A stretch of DNA of 64,000 bases from Mobula hypostoma (taxonomy: Eukaryota): assembly GCF_963921235.1 (NCBI RefSeq), contig NC_086097.1, forward strand, positions 107,324,001 through 107,388,000. The letters run 5' to 3'. How positions within the stretch are numbered: position 1 is the first letter of the stretch; every line of letters begins with the position of its first letter. Below the pieces are notes generated by a model, which was given only the letters and a program-made list of their open reading frames with translations, searched no databases and was not told the origin of the DNA. The position numbers and the translations under genes are program-made. This document shows positions 1-12,577 of the stretch, in pieces.

Positions 1-254
1 TGTCAAATACATAAAATATGTCATAATTGCATGCATTTTAAATATGGAAATCATTTTGACTTGTTGTTCAAAAGAAATCTGGATAGAGAGAAGGCTATTA
101 ATAGACTAATATTCCTATCTTCATATACCTGACTAAAAATATCAGTCTGGTTAATTAAGTGTAGATAATTCAAAACATGTTTCACACAAGTGGTTCTCTG
201 GAATGCTTTGAATTGTCAGATTAGCCCATGCCACAATAACAGTGGGCACAGCTG

Positions 255-298
255 TATTACATGGTAGTCTTCAAGATATTACATGGTAGTCTTCAAGA
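255..298. repeat. 22-bp perfect tandem duplication (tattacatggtagtcttcaaga x2)
   Basis: Two adjacent identical copies at 255-276 and 277-298. Confidence 0.9.
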
Positions 299-751
299 CT
301 TAGCTGAGGCAAGACCAACAAACATGCCTGTCAAGAAATGGCAATGGTCAGTGGAGTATGGGCCCATATAAAGCATCTGCATATTCTTTAATTGGATGGG
401 ATGTATTCATTCTGACACAATGCTCTTATTACCAGATGACTTGATTAGTAACAGTCTGTCATATCTGGGATCACACCCTGGGACAGCTCTGTCTATGGTG
501 CAGCTCAGCAACACGAAAAGATAGATTAGATATCATCCTACCCCTGGAAATCTACTGTACCCAAACAATGGATTTACTGATGCTAAACACAGAAAGGTAG
601 GTCTCAGCAATTCATAATTGAGCCTTTAAAGTTTCATTTATCACTGCTGTGTGCATAGCCAAGGCAGCATCCACAACCACTTCTGAAGCTATAAAAGGGT
701 GCTGTGACAGTCCATCCCCTTTGCATTTCATTCAGACAGAAAATGGTCCAG

Positions 752-1008
752 ATTTATTCATTTATTGAGATACAGCACAGAATAGGCCCTTTAGGCCTTT
801 GGAGAAGTGCCAATCAACAATCCCCTAATTTACCCCTGGGACAACTTACAATGACCAATTAACCTACCAACTGGGAGGAAACCAGAGCATCTGGAGGAAA
901 GCCACTTGGGCATGGAGAGAATGTAAAAGCTCCTTACAGGCAGCAGTGGGACTTGGACCCAGGTCGCTGGTACTGTGAAGTGTTGTGCTAATCACTATGC
1001 CACCGTAC
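752..1008 (-). mobile_element. tRNA-derived V-SINE/HE1-like SINE
   Basis: Reverse complement has head acggtggcatagtgattagcacaac, the ggttaattggtcattgtaag core and a CR1-like tail (aagggcctattctgtgctgtatctcaataaat); same family as 31397-31683. Confidence 0.75.
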
Positions 1009-1899
1009 TGACATTCAGTTTTGTATTGCTAACACTTGCACACAGCCTCCCCCATGCTGATGGACAACACCAGCTGATGTTCCTCAAACTCTGAACATTA
1101 CTGATCATAGTTCATCTTCATTGAAGCTCTAATGAGGATTGTTACCTTCAAAAGCAAAATCGCGTTCTTTCTTTAGAGATGCTGTCTTACCTGCAGAGTA
1201 TCTCCAGCAATTTATGTTTTTTTACTCCCACCTTTGGTCCATGACTGCATAATCTATGTGAATCTTACCAGTTAATTTTTATTGACTGTCTAGGTCCTAA
1301 TGAGCTTCTTCAAAGGAGAACTAATATATTTTCTTCAAAAAGGGCCAAGCAAATGAATCATTGCTAGTAACTCCACTGAAAGCATAACACAAAGTCTTCT
1401 TGCAATTTGAAAACAACTTCTATCTGCTCACATTATCCCTTCCGTGCTCCACTATGGATGCAGACAAGCAGGTGAAAGGCTATTTCCATTTAATAGTTGG
1501 GACAGTAGCTGACTGCAATGGAGTCGCGTTGTAAGCAGCATTGGACCTTCAAATGTCTCACTGGCAGCTCTTCTATGAGCTACTGAGCAGTTGCCTGGGT
1601 TAACTGGCTGTGGAGGAAGGAACAATGCAGACATCCGAAGGAGGACAGCATTTTCTAGCAGAGGAACATCACTTTTATTATCCTGGCACTTATTTAAAGC
1701 AGATGGTATAACTTGTATCACTGTCTGCAGAACCACAGCTGTAGAAAATTTATGCTCCAAAGGTAGTAATTTCAAAGGTTAAAGTACAAAAGTCAAAGAT
1801 TTAGCCCATCAAAAAAATCCAAGAATTATTCAGTCTCCTTCCACCATCCCTGCAAAGTCTATACTCTGCAGGTCACGCTTCCAAATACAAGTTAAGCTA

Positions 1900-2908
1900 G
1901 AGCTGTAGGGGGTTGGGAACCAGCTTGCCAGAACATTTAAAGGAGAGGATGTGCAAGCAGTTATTGGTAAGACAGCAGACAAAATTAGGAATTGAAAGGT
2001 TGAGCATGGTGTAACTAGTGTTCAGAGCTGCATATTTTTCAATGCAAGAGGTATCATTGGAATGGCGGGTAATAGTGCTAAAGATGAGGTAGCTGGTTTA
2101 CAAACAGAGGCAATGTGTAGTGAAGAGAGGCTGTTGATAGGGCAAAATTGCAGTCAGTGGGATGAGTTGCAATGTATAAGGTGGACAAAATGAAAAGAGT
2201 AAATATAGGACTAAAGGTGTTATATTTGAATGCACGCAGTACATGGAATAAGGTAGATGGATTTGTAGCTCAGTTTCAGACTGGCAGGAATGACGTTGTA
2301 GGCATTGCTGAATCATGGCTGAAAGAAGATTATAGCTGGGAGCTTAATGTCCAAGGATAAACATTGTATCGAAAGGCCAAGCAGGAAGGCAGAGCCCGTG
2401 GTGTTGCTCTGTTGGTAAAAAATGAAACCAAATCACTAGGAAGAGGTGACATAGGGTCAGAAGGTGTTGAATCATTGTGAATAGAGCTAAGTATCTGCAA
2501 GGGTAAAAAGACCCTGATAGGAGTTTTAAACAGAACGTCAAACAGTAGGAAGGATCTGGCCCACAAATTACAATGGGAGATAGAAAATACATGCTAAAAA
2601 GGCATTGTTACAATAGTCATGGGAGACTTCAATATACAGGTAGATTGGGAAAATCAGGTTGGTGTTGGATTCCAGGAGGGGGAATTTCTAGAGTGCCTAT
2701 GAGATGGCTTTTTAGAGCAGATCATGGTTGAGCCCGCTAGAGGGTCAGCTATTCTGGATTGGCTGCTGGCAATGAACCAGAATTGATTAGAGACCTTAAG
2801 GTAAAAGAACCCTTAGGGACAGGTGATCATAATATGATTGAATTCACCCTGAAATCTGAGAAGGAGAAGCTGAAGTCATATGTATCAGTATTACAGTGGA
2901 GTAAAGGA
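1900..2908 (+). mobile_element. Degenerate CR1 LINE fragment: end of ORF1 and ORF2 AP-endonuclease domain
   Basis: Translates to LKVLYLNARS..NK..DVVGIAESWLK, IVMGDFN and GDHNMIEF motifs, interrupted by stops and frameshifts. Confidence 0.85.
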
Positions 2909-3045
2909 GGGTCCTCCTTTGCTGGGTGAGTGAATACCCATGCTGAAATGCTGCCAGGCAGATTTCACATCATACCACTGTTACTATTTGCTGTGGTTTA
3001 GCTGCTGTCACAGTGTGCTGTGGTGGTTGTGTTCATGGTGTAGAG

Positions 3046-4233
3046 CGGCGGTCCCCAACCACCGGGCCGCAAAGCATGTGCTACCGGGCCGCGAGGAAAC
3101 GATATGAGTCAGCTGCACCTTTCCTCATTCCCTGTCACGCCCACTGTTGAGCTTGAACGCATGCAAGGTCATTACGCACGCGTCATCCATGGCAGCGCGG
3201 GAAGGAGATCAACTCCTGGAGCTTGCAAATGACGGCGGGCTGAAAAGTATGTTTGATATAACATCTCTGTCAGCATTCTGGATCTCAAAGTCAAGGCTAA
3301 ATATCCTGATATAGCCATGAAAGCACTGAAAACGTTGCTTCCATTTCCAACATATCTCTGCAATGAATGCAACGAAAACCAAACTGCGGAATAGACTGAC
3401 ATAAGGAACCCCGTTCGAGTATCGCTGTCTCCCATCACCCCTCAATAGGACCGTCTTGTTGTAGGAAACAAGTATTCAGCCCAGGGCTCCCACCGATTCA
3501 GCGCTATTGGTGTGTTGCCATGATTTTATATGTTCATACGGGGAAAATATGTGTTGTGTGTTTAATATCCAAACGTTACTTAAAATGTTATGATGCTATT
3601 GACTTACTTATATAACCATATAACAATTACAGCACGGAAACAGGCCATCTCTGCCCTTCTAGTCCGTGCCGAACGCTACTCTCATCTAGTCCCACCGATC
3701 TGCACTCAGCCCATAACCCTCCATTCCTTTCCTGTCCATATACCTATCCAAATTTTCTTTAAATGATGATATCCAACCTGCCTCTAGCACTTCTACTGGA
3801 AGTTCGTTCAACACTTAACTTCAAGTTCCACTGTCCTCCCCGATAATTGATTTATCGCTGTATTCATGTGAGGAAAATATGCGCTGTGTGTTTAATATTA
3901 AATTCATTAGATAAACCCTTTTAGAAATGAAATTGAGTGTATTAGCCACTTATTACCAATATTCCGGTCATGATTAACACCCCGCTCCCCCCATACAGTA
4001 TCACCAAAAACTATTTGTAGAATAAAATCGACGCGTATACGCATGCGCACTGGTGCTCGCGCAAGGCTTCATGGTCATTGTAGTCTATCGGGGGTAAACA
4101 ACATATTTGACTGCTACTCTTGTCCGTTGGCAACCCTACCCCCCCCCCCGCCCCCACCCCCTGGTTGGCCGGTCCGCAAGAATATTGTCAATATGAAACC
4201 GGTCCGCAGTGCAAAAAGGGTTGGGGACCCCTG
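3046..4233 (+). mobile_element. Non-autonomous hAT (Charlie/Buster-like) DNA transposon retaining a transposase C-terminal remnant
   Basis: TIRs cggcggtccccaacc / ggttggggacccctg; 8-bp TSD gtgtagag (3038-3045) / gtgtagaa (4234-4241); internal KAKYPDIAMKALKTLLPFPTYLC..MNATKTKLRNRL resembles the hAT dimerisation domain. Confidence 0.85.
3611..3812 (-). mobile_element. Short CR1 3'-end insertion inside the hAT element
   Basis: taaccatataacaattacagcacggaaacaggccatc... matches the 3' end of the CR1 at 49310-50054. Confidence 0.8.
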
Positions 4234-4477
4234 GTGTAGAAAGGCTTTTAAGATGAAATTTCCATGTAGCCAATTTCCCCGAAGTTCATCACAGACATTT
4301 CATGCTGTATTGTGGTTTACTGATCAGGTACTACTTCATGACTAGAGCTCTGACGTTAAAAGATGGAAGAACGGGTTAAAAATTATGAGGTAAAGAAGTT
4401 CTAGTCAAAACTAACAATATAGCCAAAGAATTACTTGCATAAAACGCACATAAGCACTTTTATGTAAAATATAAATC

Positions 4478-5070
4478 CAAATCAGGTTTATTATCACTGA
4501 CTTAAATGATGTGAAATTTCTTGTGCAGTGCAGACATTTAAGAAATAACTACAAATTACAGATACAAGTAGAGCAAAAAAAAGGAAATAATGAGGTGGTG
4601 TTCATTGGTTCATGGACCGCTCAGAAATATGAAGCCGGATGGGAAGAAGCTGTTCCTGAATCTTTGAGTGTGGGTCTTCAAGTTCATGTTGTAGTTTATT
4701 GCCATTCAACCATCACATGCAAACGGCTAAAGGAAACATTGTTCCTCTGGGGCTAAGGTGCAAAACACAGAACCAACAGTCCCACACAGCACATATAGGC
4801 TCCTGTACCTCCTTTTGATGAATGCAATGAGGAGAAGGTACTCTATGTGATGGGCGGTGATGGATGAGACCTCCTTGAAGCAGTGACGCCTGAAGATATT
4901 CTCGATGGTGGGGAGGGTTGCGCCTGTGAAGGAGCTGGCTGAGCCTACCACCCTCTAGAGTCTCGTGTGGTTCCATGCAGTGGAGCCTCCTTACCAGACC
5001 ATATACAAAGCCTGACCTGTAGAACACAGGAATGGGAAAATATGATATTGAATTAAACTAAATCTCTTCA
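4478..5070 (-). mobile_element. Degenerate Rex1/Babar-like LINE 3' fragment
   Basis: Minus strand reads ..ITGATLPTIENIFRRHCFK.. and ends in a gataataaacctgat tail, similar to the element at 41905-42415. Confidence 0.55.
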
Positions 5071-5122
5071 GCCTGTACGTGATCTATACCCAACCAACCC
5101 TTGCAAATTCATATGTCTATCT

Positions 5123-5497
5123 TACTTACTTACTGCCAACAACACAGCCGGCAATGAAGGTCCTCAATCTCTGTCTGACCTTGGCCATCTTCTCTATTAT
5201 GCCACAGGTGTGGTTCAGGACCTTCATTTGCACACAAATATAGAAGGATTCTTCATTGCTGTTTCTGTAGCAATTTATTTTGGACCTGTCAAGATTATTA
5301 GTCCTGAGCTGAACCCCTGAGCCCAGAGGACCAGTGGACCACTCTTAGTCTGGCCTCTAGCCTTTGACCTGTTTGGCATGGGTGAGCCTACCAAGAACCA
5401 AAGCACAAGGCTCTGATTCCAGCCAACATAGCTCTCCAGGTTATTGAGGCACACAAGCCTCCAAACCCTGTGACAAGGTTGTGGTCCCATTGGAGGA
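5123..5497 (-). mobile_element. Non-autonomous RTE-derived short retroposon (RTE/BovB-like 5'UTR plus (AAGT)n tail)
   Basis: Minus strand ggaccacaaccttgtc..ctcaat..gagctatg..ggtaggctcacccatgccaaacaggtca..gactaagagtggtccactgg resembles RTE/Bov-A 5'UTR; tail agtaagtaagt; imperfect TSD tgtctatct/tgtctagct; second copy at 61039-61366. Confidence 0.65.
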
Positions 5498-5499
5498 TT

Positions 5500-6400
5500 T
5501 GTCTAGCTAATACACCACTATTGTATCTGCTTCTACAACTACCCAAGGCAACTATTCCAGGCGCCTACATACCTTTTTAAAAAACAATTGCCCCACATGT
5601 ATCCTTTAAACTTTCCCCTGCTCACCTTACATGTATGTCTGCTAATACTTGGCATTTCTATACAGGGAAAAGGGATTCTGACTGTCTACCCTATCTATGT
5701 TTCTCATAATTCTATAAGTCTCTTGCGGGTCTGAGCCCAAGGCCCCTGAGAAAACAATCCATGAAAGCTGATACTGTCTACATCAGGCAGTATTCAGGAA
5801 AACAACCCATGAAAGCTGATATTGTGTAAACCAGGCTGTATTCTGGTAGACCTTGTATGTGCCTTTACCAAAGCCTCCACATCCTTCCCAGAATGGTGCA
5901 ACCAGAATTATTATTTTTTAATTTATTTAGCGATACACTATGGTCACAGGGCATTCTGGCCCAGCGAGCCCGTGCCAGCCTATCACACCCATGTGACCAA
6001 TTAACCTCCTAATCCGTACATCTTTGGAATTAGGGAGGAAACCGAAGCATGCAAAGGAGAACATACAAATTCCTTATAGACAGAGGCAGGAATTGAGCCC
6101 AGGTCCCTGGTGCTGTAATAGCATTGCACTAATGGCTACTCTGTGCGCCACCTCGCTCAAGGGCCTCCACATCCAGCGTAACTGAAGTTTTATATTGCTG
6201 CAACATAATTTCTTTACTCTTATACTCAGCGTTACGTCCAATGAAAACAAACATGCTGTATACCGCCTTTATCACCCAATTGGCTTACATGGACACTTTC
6301 CGAGAGCTATGGACTTGGACTCCAAAATTCCCTCTGTACATCAATGCTGTTATGGATCCTGCTATTAACTGCATGCTTTCAAATTTTGTTTGACCTCATT
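5500..6400 (-). mobile_element. Old CR1 3' fragment interrupted by a SINE (about 5915-6150) and carrying a short internal duplication
   Basis: Antisense CR1 RT C-terminal and 3' sequence (atctaccctatctatg.., ggtgcaaccagaa.., ccctctgtacatc); aaaacaa(t/c)ccatgaaagctgata repeated at about 5751 and 5799. Confidence 0.6.
5915..6152 (-). mobile_element. V-SINE/HE1-like SINE
   Basis: tttattt tail, tgaccaattaacc core, gggaggaaacc, antisense B-box-like ggaattgagccc. Confidence 0.7.
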
Positions 6401-6519
6401 CAATGGGATCACAATTGAATATTACATCCCAAAAGCACCAACATGAATCAATGGTCCCAACAAATTGATAACTTAGAGCAATTTACATATTGGTGAATAT
6501 GTAAAGTCCTTTAAAGTTT

Positions 6520-6802
6520 TTACTTATTTATTTAGAATTGGCCCTTCTGGCCCAAGGAGCTGCTCCACTCAGCAAACCACATATTTAACCCTAGCCTAAT
6601 CACAGGACAATTTACAATGACCAATTATCCCACTGACTGGTGTGTCTTTGGTCTGTGGGAGGAAACCAGAACACCCAGAGGAAAGACATGCTCTCAAGGG
6701 AAGGACGTACAAATTTCATACAGGTGGTGTCGGAATTGAACTCTGAACTCTGAAGCCTCGAGATGCAATAGCATTGTGCTAACCACTACGCTACTGTGGC
6801 AC
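6520..6802 (-). mobile_element. V-SINE/HE1-like SINE
   Basis: Same family motifs; ends gtgctaaccactacgctactgtggca (antisense tRNA-like head). Confidence 0.8.
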
Positions 6803-7489
6803 ATACTTTATGGGTCATTTCATACTTAATTCTACTCCATCCTCAGTGATTCTATGCTTACAAAGCACTGATACAGAAGTTCGGAATGGCCTGAAACCTG
6901 TGCTGTAGATAACTGTTGCTTTTTAGTGGAATTGTCATCTCTCTGACAGTGCCAGCAGGCCCAAAGGTTACTGCCATTGTTCATATTAGCACTTTGCAAA
7001 AAATGTATTAGTAAGCATGAAGTGAATATCACATGACCATCTCCAACAAGAGGTAAATATCTTCTGAATAACTTGAATGAAGAACAATACGCTGGAATAA
7101 AATTTGATTTATTTTTGTGGTGCCCATAATTGTCATATTGTAGAGAGTTTGTTAACTATGTGCTTTGGAGAAAACTATGAAGATCAGCATCCAACTGGTG
7201 AGACAAAGGTTTAAAGGTTCATTTATTATCAAAGCATGTACTCATATGCAATTAGCCACTGAGTGGATGTTCGTGGTCTTCCGCTGCTGTAGCCCATCTA
7301 CTTCAAGCTTTGACACGTTGTGAAGTCAGAGATTCTCTTCTGCACATGACGTTAACTTTCAGTTTGAGAGTTTTAGTTAATGGCCCTGTTGGCGTAGTGT
7401 TTATTGTTTTTCTTTCCCTTTAAATTTTGCAACAGTTCCAGTGAAATTTTGAGTTACTTCAGTTTCTCTCTGTTTCCCCACACTTGGGC

Positions 7490-8190
7490 CATATCCAAAC
7501 GTTCTGATAATTGGAAGAACAGCACTTCATATTCCACCTGGATAGTCTACAACCTGAGACACAAACATTGAAATTCTGCAATTTGAGGTAACTAGCTCCA
7601 TTCCTGTCCATTTCTCTCTCATTCTGATCTACCCAACTCCTCTCCCATTCAGAAACACAAGAGATTCTGCAGATGCTGGAAATCTTGAGCAAGACACAAA
7701 ATGCTGGAGGATCTCACCAAGACAGTCAGCATCTATGAAGCAAATGAACAGTTGATGCTTCGGGCACATACACCCTGCTTTCCAAACCCAATCCCAACCA
7801 GCCTCTTATCTCCTAGTTCCTTTCTCCCACCTCAGACAAACTCTTCTCTTATGGGCTTCCCTCCCACCACTGTTCCCATCTGCCCACTATTCCTCTCCCA
7901 TTTGGTTCTTCTTCACTTTCCTTTCTTATCAGATTCTATAATATGCAGACCTTTGGCATCTCCTTCTATTATGTCACAGACTCTGTCCCTATCTCTACCC
8001 TGTTTCCCTCACCTCAGTCTACCAACCAAACCCTCCTCACCTGGATCCAGGTATCACTTGCTAGCACTTGCCCCTCCCCATCACCTCTACTCCTTTGCCC
8101 AGAGAAAAGGACTCATCCCAAAATGTTAACTGTCTATTTCCCTTCCCAGATGCTGCCTTGCCCAACAAGTTCCTCGAGCAGCTCTTTTTA
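7490..8190. mobile_element. Degenerate Penelope-like element fragments (GIY-YIG C-terminus on +, terminal-repeat pieces in both orientations)
   Basis: ttggaagaacagcacttcatattccacctggatagtctacaacct = LEEQHFIFHLDSLQP (cf. LEEQHLIFRLGSLQP at 41108-41347); antisense terminal repeat ctgcagatgctggaaatc.. at about 7655-7765; sense copy at about 8100-8190. Confidence 0.65.
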
Positions 8191-8859
8191 TTTTGCTCAA
8201 TACTGAATTCCCCAATTTCAGATAACTTGTTCTTCAGACCATGTCTAAATGTCCCTCTTTTTTCTGTATCAGGACTGGCCATTTGTATGTGTCTTTCTGT
8301 TCGATTTTTAATTTAATATTCTGGTTTGCTCAGCACATCCCAGTCGATGTGTCACCCAGCTTTCACAATATTAGTGAAGGTATCACACAGATAGATGTTC
8401 ATCCAATGTCTGTCCATTACTTCACTCATTTACTGGTGTTCCTTTCATTCTACCCATTACCCTCCCCCACTTCCTCTGTTAGTGAGAATAACTTACTTTC
8501 ACTTTCTCTCTGATCTGATCTTCATGAAACATTGATTGCTTTCATTTCTCACAGATGCGAATTGATGGACTGAGTGCTTCCAACATTTCTGTTTTTGTTT
8601 CATGTTCCAGCATCTGCAGTTTTGTTTGGGAAACCTTACATTCTGCCACTTTCTCCAAGTAGTAAATAACAGAGAGCTAGCTAGGACTTATCCCTGCACT
8701 ACATGCCTCCAGCCTGAAAAGACATATTTATTCCATCCCTCCTATATGGCACTGCTGAAGGCAAGCAACAACTCACCAAATAAGAAATACAACTAAATAC
8801 TTCATTAATAACACTTTTTCTGTGGAAAAAAAATTATGGTAAACAATCACTCCAAACAA

Positions 8860-11800
8860 TGAAGAGGTGAGCAAAGGTGAGGCTGACTCGAGGGTCAAAG
8901 TGAGCAGGTATGAAGCGAAGTTGGGGCATGTTCAGGGAGAACTTGAGGTGAAGTCGAATGAGCAGAGCGGAGGAGTTTCAGACCCCGGCCGTGTAAACCG
9001 AGAGTGAAGTTTGATCGATCGAAGCACCAGGCCGATTTGGAAAGGTCAGGTATAGTTTGGCGATGGGGTCAAGGCACATAGCATATCGATGTGATGGGGT
9101 CCAGTTCTTAGAGCAAGGAACGACCCTATATTTTGATGATTTAAACGCTAGGCCAGATGGATTGAAAGGCCGGGTGTTGGGACCAGAGGTGAAGGTCAGG
9201 CCAGCTCTGCTCACTGCTCCACAGCGTTTACTCTGCACTGAGGCTGAGGTTGTAGCTTGGCTCGGCTGCTCCAGCTTCGTGTCTGTGGGCTATGTGGTGC
9301 TTCATGTCTGTGGGCTACGTGGTACTTCGTGTCTATGGGCTACGTGGTGCTTCGTATCTGTGGGCTATGTGGTGCTTTGTATCTGTGGGCTATGTGGTGC
9401 TTCGTGTCTGTGGGCTAGGTGGTGCTTTGTATCTGTGGGCTATGTGGTGCTTCGTGTCTGTGGGCTAGGTGGTGCTTTGTATCTGTGGGCTATGTGGTGC
9501 TTCGTGTCTGTGGGCTAGGTGGTGCTTTGTATCTGTGGGCTACATTGTGCTTCGTGTCTGTGGGCTACGTGGTGCTTTGTATCTGTGGGCTATGTGGTGC
9601 TTCATGTCTGAGGGCTACGTGGTGCTTTGTGTCTGTGGGCTACGTGGTGCTTCATGTCTGTGGGCTATGTGGTGCTTCGTGTCTATGGGCTACGTGGTGC
9701 TTTGTATCTGTGGGCTATGTTGTGCTTCGTGTCTGTGGGCTACGTGGTGCTTCGTATCTGTGGGCTATGTGGTGCTTCGTGTCTATGGGCTACGTGGTGC
9801 TTCGTGTCTGTGGGCTACGTGGTGCTTCGTGTCTGTGGGCTACGTGGTGCTTTGTATCTGTGGGCTATGTGGTGCTTCGTGTCTGTGGGCTACGTTGTGC
9901 TTCGTGTCTGTGGGCTACGTGGTGCTTCGTGTCTGTGGGCTACGTGGTGCTTCATGTCTGTGGGCTATGTGGTGCTTCGTATCTGTGGGCTATGTGGTGC
10001 TTCGTGTCTGTGGGCTACGTTGTGCTTCGTGTCTGTGGGCTACGTGGTGCTTCGTGTCTGTGGGCTATGTGGTGCTTCGTGTCTGTGGGCTGCGTGGTGC
10101 TTTGTATCTGTGGGCTATGTGGTGCTTCGTGTCTATGGGCTACGTTGTGCTTCGTGTCTGTGGGCTACGTGGTGCTTCGTGTCTGTGGGCTATGTGGTGC
10201 TTTGTATCTGTGGGCTATGTGGTGCTTCGTGTCTATGGGCTACGTGGTGCTTCGTGTCTGTGGGCTACGTTGTGCTTCGTGTCTGTGGGCTACGTGGTGC
10301 TTTGTATCTGAGGGCTACGTGGTGCTTTGTGTCTGTGGGCTATGTGGTGCTTTGTGTCTGTGGGCTAGGTGGTGCTTCGTGTCTGAGGGCTACGTGGTGC
10401 TTCATGTCTGAGGGCTACGTGGTGCTTTGTGTCTGTGGGCTATGTGGTGCTTTGTGTCTGTGGGCTAGGTGGTGCTTTGTGTCTGTGGGCTACGTGGTGC
10501 TTCGTGTCTGTGGGCTACGTGGTGCTTCGTGTCTGAGGGCTACGTGGTGCTTCATGTCTGAGGGCTACGTGGTGCTTTGTGTCTGTGGGCTATGTGGTGC
10601 TTTGTGTCTGTGGGCTAGGTGGTGCTTTGTATCTGTGGGCTACGTGGTACTTTGTGTCTGAGGGCTACGTTGTGCTTCGTGTCTATGGGCTATGTGGTGC
10701 TTTGTATCTGTGAGCTACGTGGTGCTTCGTGTCTATGGGCTATGTGGTGCTTTGTATCTGTGGGCTACGTGGTGCTTCGTGTCTGAGGGCTATGTGGTGC
10801 TTTGTATCTGTGGGCTACGTGGTGCTTTGTATCTGAGGGCTACGTGGTGCTTTGTATCTGTGGGCTACGTGGTGCTTCGTGTCTATGGGCTATGTGGTGC
10901 TTCATGTCTGAGGGCTACGTGGTGCTTTGTGTCTGTGGGCTATGTGGTGCTTTGTATCTGTGGGCTACGTGGTGCTTCATGTCTGTGGGCTATGTGGTGC
11001 TTCGTGTCTATGGGCTATGTGGTGCTTTGTATCTGTGGGCTACGTTGTGCTTCGTGTCTATGGGCTATGTGGTGCTTTGTATCTGTGGGCTACGTGGTGC
11101 TTCGTGTCTGAGGGCTATGTGGTGCTTTGTATCTGTGGGCTACGTGGTGCTTTGTATCTGAGGGCTACGTGGTGGTTTGTATCTGTGGGCTACATGGTGC
11201 TTCATGTCTGTGGGCTATGTGGTGCTTTGTATCTGTGGGCTATGTGGTGCTTTGTATCTGTGGGCTATGTGGTCCTTTGTGTCTGTGGGCTACGTTGTGC
11301 TTCGTGTCTGATGGCTATGTGGTGCTTCATGTCTGAGGGCTACGTGGTGCTTCGTGTCTGTGGGCTATGTGGTGCTTCATGTCTGTGGGCTATGTGGTGC
11401 TTCATGTCTGTGGGCTACGTGGTGCTTTGTATCTGTGGGCTACGTGGTGCTTTGTATCTGTGGGCTACGTTGTGCTTTGTATCTGTGGGCTACGTTGTGC
11501 TTCATGTCTATGGGCTATGTGGTGCTTCGTGTCTGTGGGCTACGTGGTGCTTTGTATCTGTGGGCTACGTGGTGCTTCGTGTCTATGGGCTATGTGGTGC
11601 TTCATGTCTGAGGGCTACGTGGTGCTTTGTGTCTGTGGGCTACGTGGTGCTTTGTATCTGTGGGCTACGTGGTGCTTCATGTCTGAGGGCTATGTGGTGC
11701 TTACTCCGCTATGTACTGAAATGAGTCTGACGCTGTGGCCTGCTCCAGCTGCTCTGGGCTTCGTGTTTGTGGACTCACTTTCATTCTCAGTGCTATTTGC

Positions 11801-11982
11801 TTACTTTTATTGTTTGCACAATTTGTTTTTTTTCCTCTCTCTCTGCACAATGGGTGTTTGTCGGTCTTTTATTAATGGGTTCTTTGAGGTTTCTTGTTTT
11901 GTGGCTGCCTGTAAGGAGACAAAACTCAGGGTTGTATGACGTTTACATACTTTGATAATAAATGTACTTTGAACTTTGATAA
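8860..11982 (+). mobile_element. Non-autonomous retroposon with LINE-type 3' tail hosting the 25-bp minisatellite
   Basis: Ends in ttgataataaatgtactttgaactttga; sequence either side of the array is related (ctctgcactga..gctcc..gcttcgtgt(c/t)tgtgg). Family not identified; 5' boundary approximate. Confidence 0.5.
9274..11702. repeat. Minisatellite, 25-bp unit gcttcgtgtctgtgggctaYgtggt, about 97 copies
   Basis: Constant 25-bp register over 2429 bp with substitution-only variants. Confidence 0.97.
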
Positions 11983-12279
11983 TAGCCTATAATCTATGTT
12001 AACACCATTCTCCCTGTACCATGAGCTCTTACAAGCAGAAACAGTCTCTTTGTATCCATACTATCTCAATCTTCCATAATATCAAAACTTTCTGTTTGGT
12101 CGTCTTCAGAGCCTTCCTTATTCAAGTTAAAAGATATGCAGTGCATTCATCCTTCGCTGATATATTTGCTCACCCAGTCTCTTGGCATTTGTACTTCAAT
12201 TTACCATGCTATTGAGTATTTTCTCTTGTCTTTAACCTCCCACACTGTTCCAAAAAGCCCAATGGCAGCTCAAATGTAC

Positions 12280-12577
12280 TTATCTTTCGGAGATACAGTG
12301 TGGAACAGGCCTTTCTAGTCCCAATGAGCCGAGCCGCCCAGCAGCCCACCCACTTAACCCTAGCCTAATCATGAGACAACTTTCAATGACCAATTAACCT
12401 GCTAACTGGTATGTCTTTGGACTGTGGGAGGAAATCGGAGAACCCGGAGGAAACCTATGCAGATACCAGTAGGGATGTATAAACTTGCTTACAGAGGCCA
12501 CTGGAAATTAAGTCCGAATTCTGATGCACTGAGCTGTAACAGCATCATGCTAACCACTATGTTGCCGTGGTGCCCCA
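12280..12577 (-). mobile_element. V-SINE/HE1-like SINE
   Basis: gagatacagtgtggaacaggcc tail, caatgaccaattaacc core, tgctaaccactatgttgccgtggtgcccc antisense head. Confidence 0.8.

Noticed and set aside
9057..11939. Long Cys/Trp/Val-rich ORFs (up to 344 aa)
   Set aside because: Artefacts of a stop-poor 25-bp tandem repeat; the same peptide appears in all three frames.
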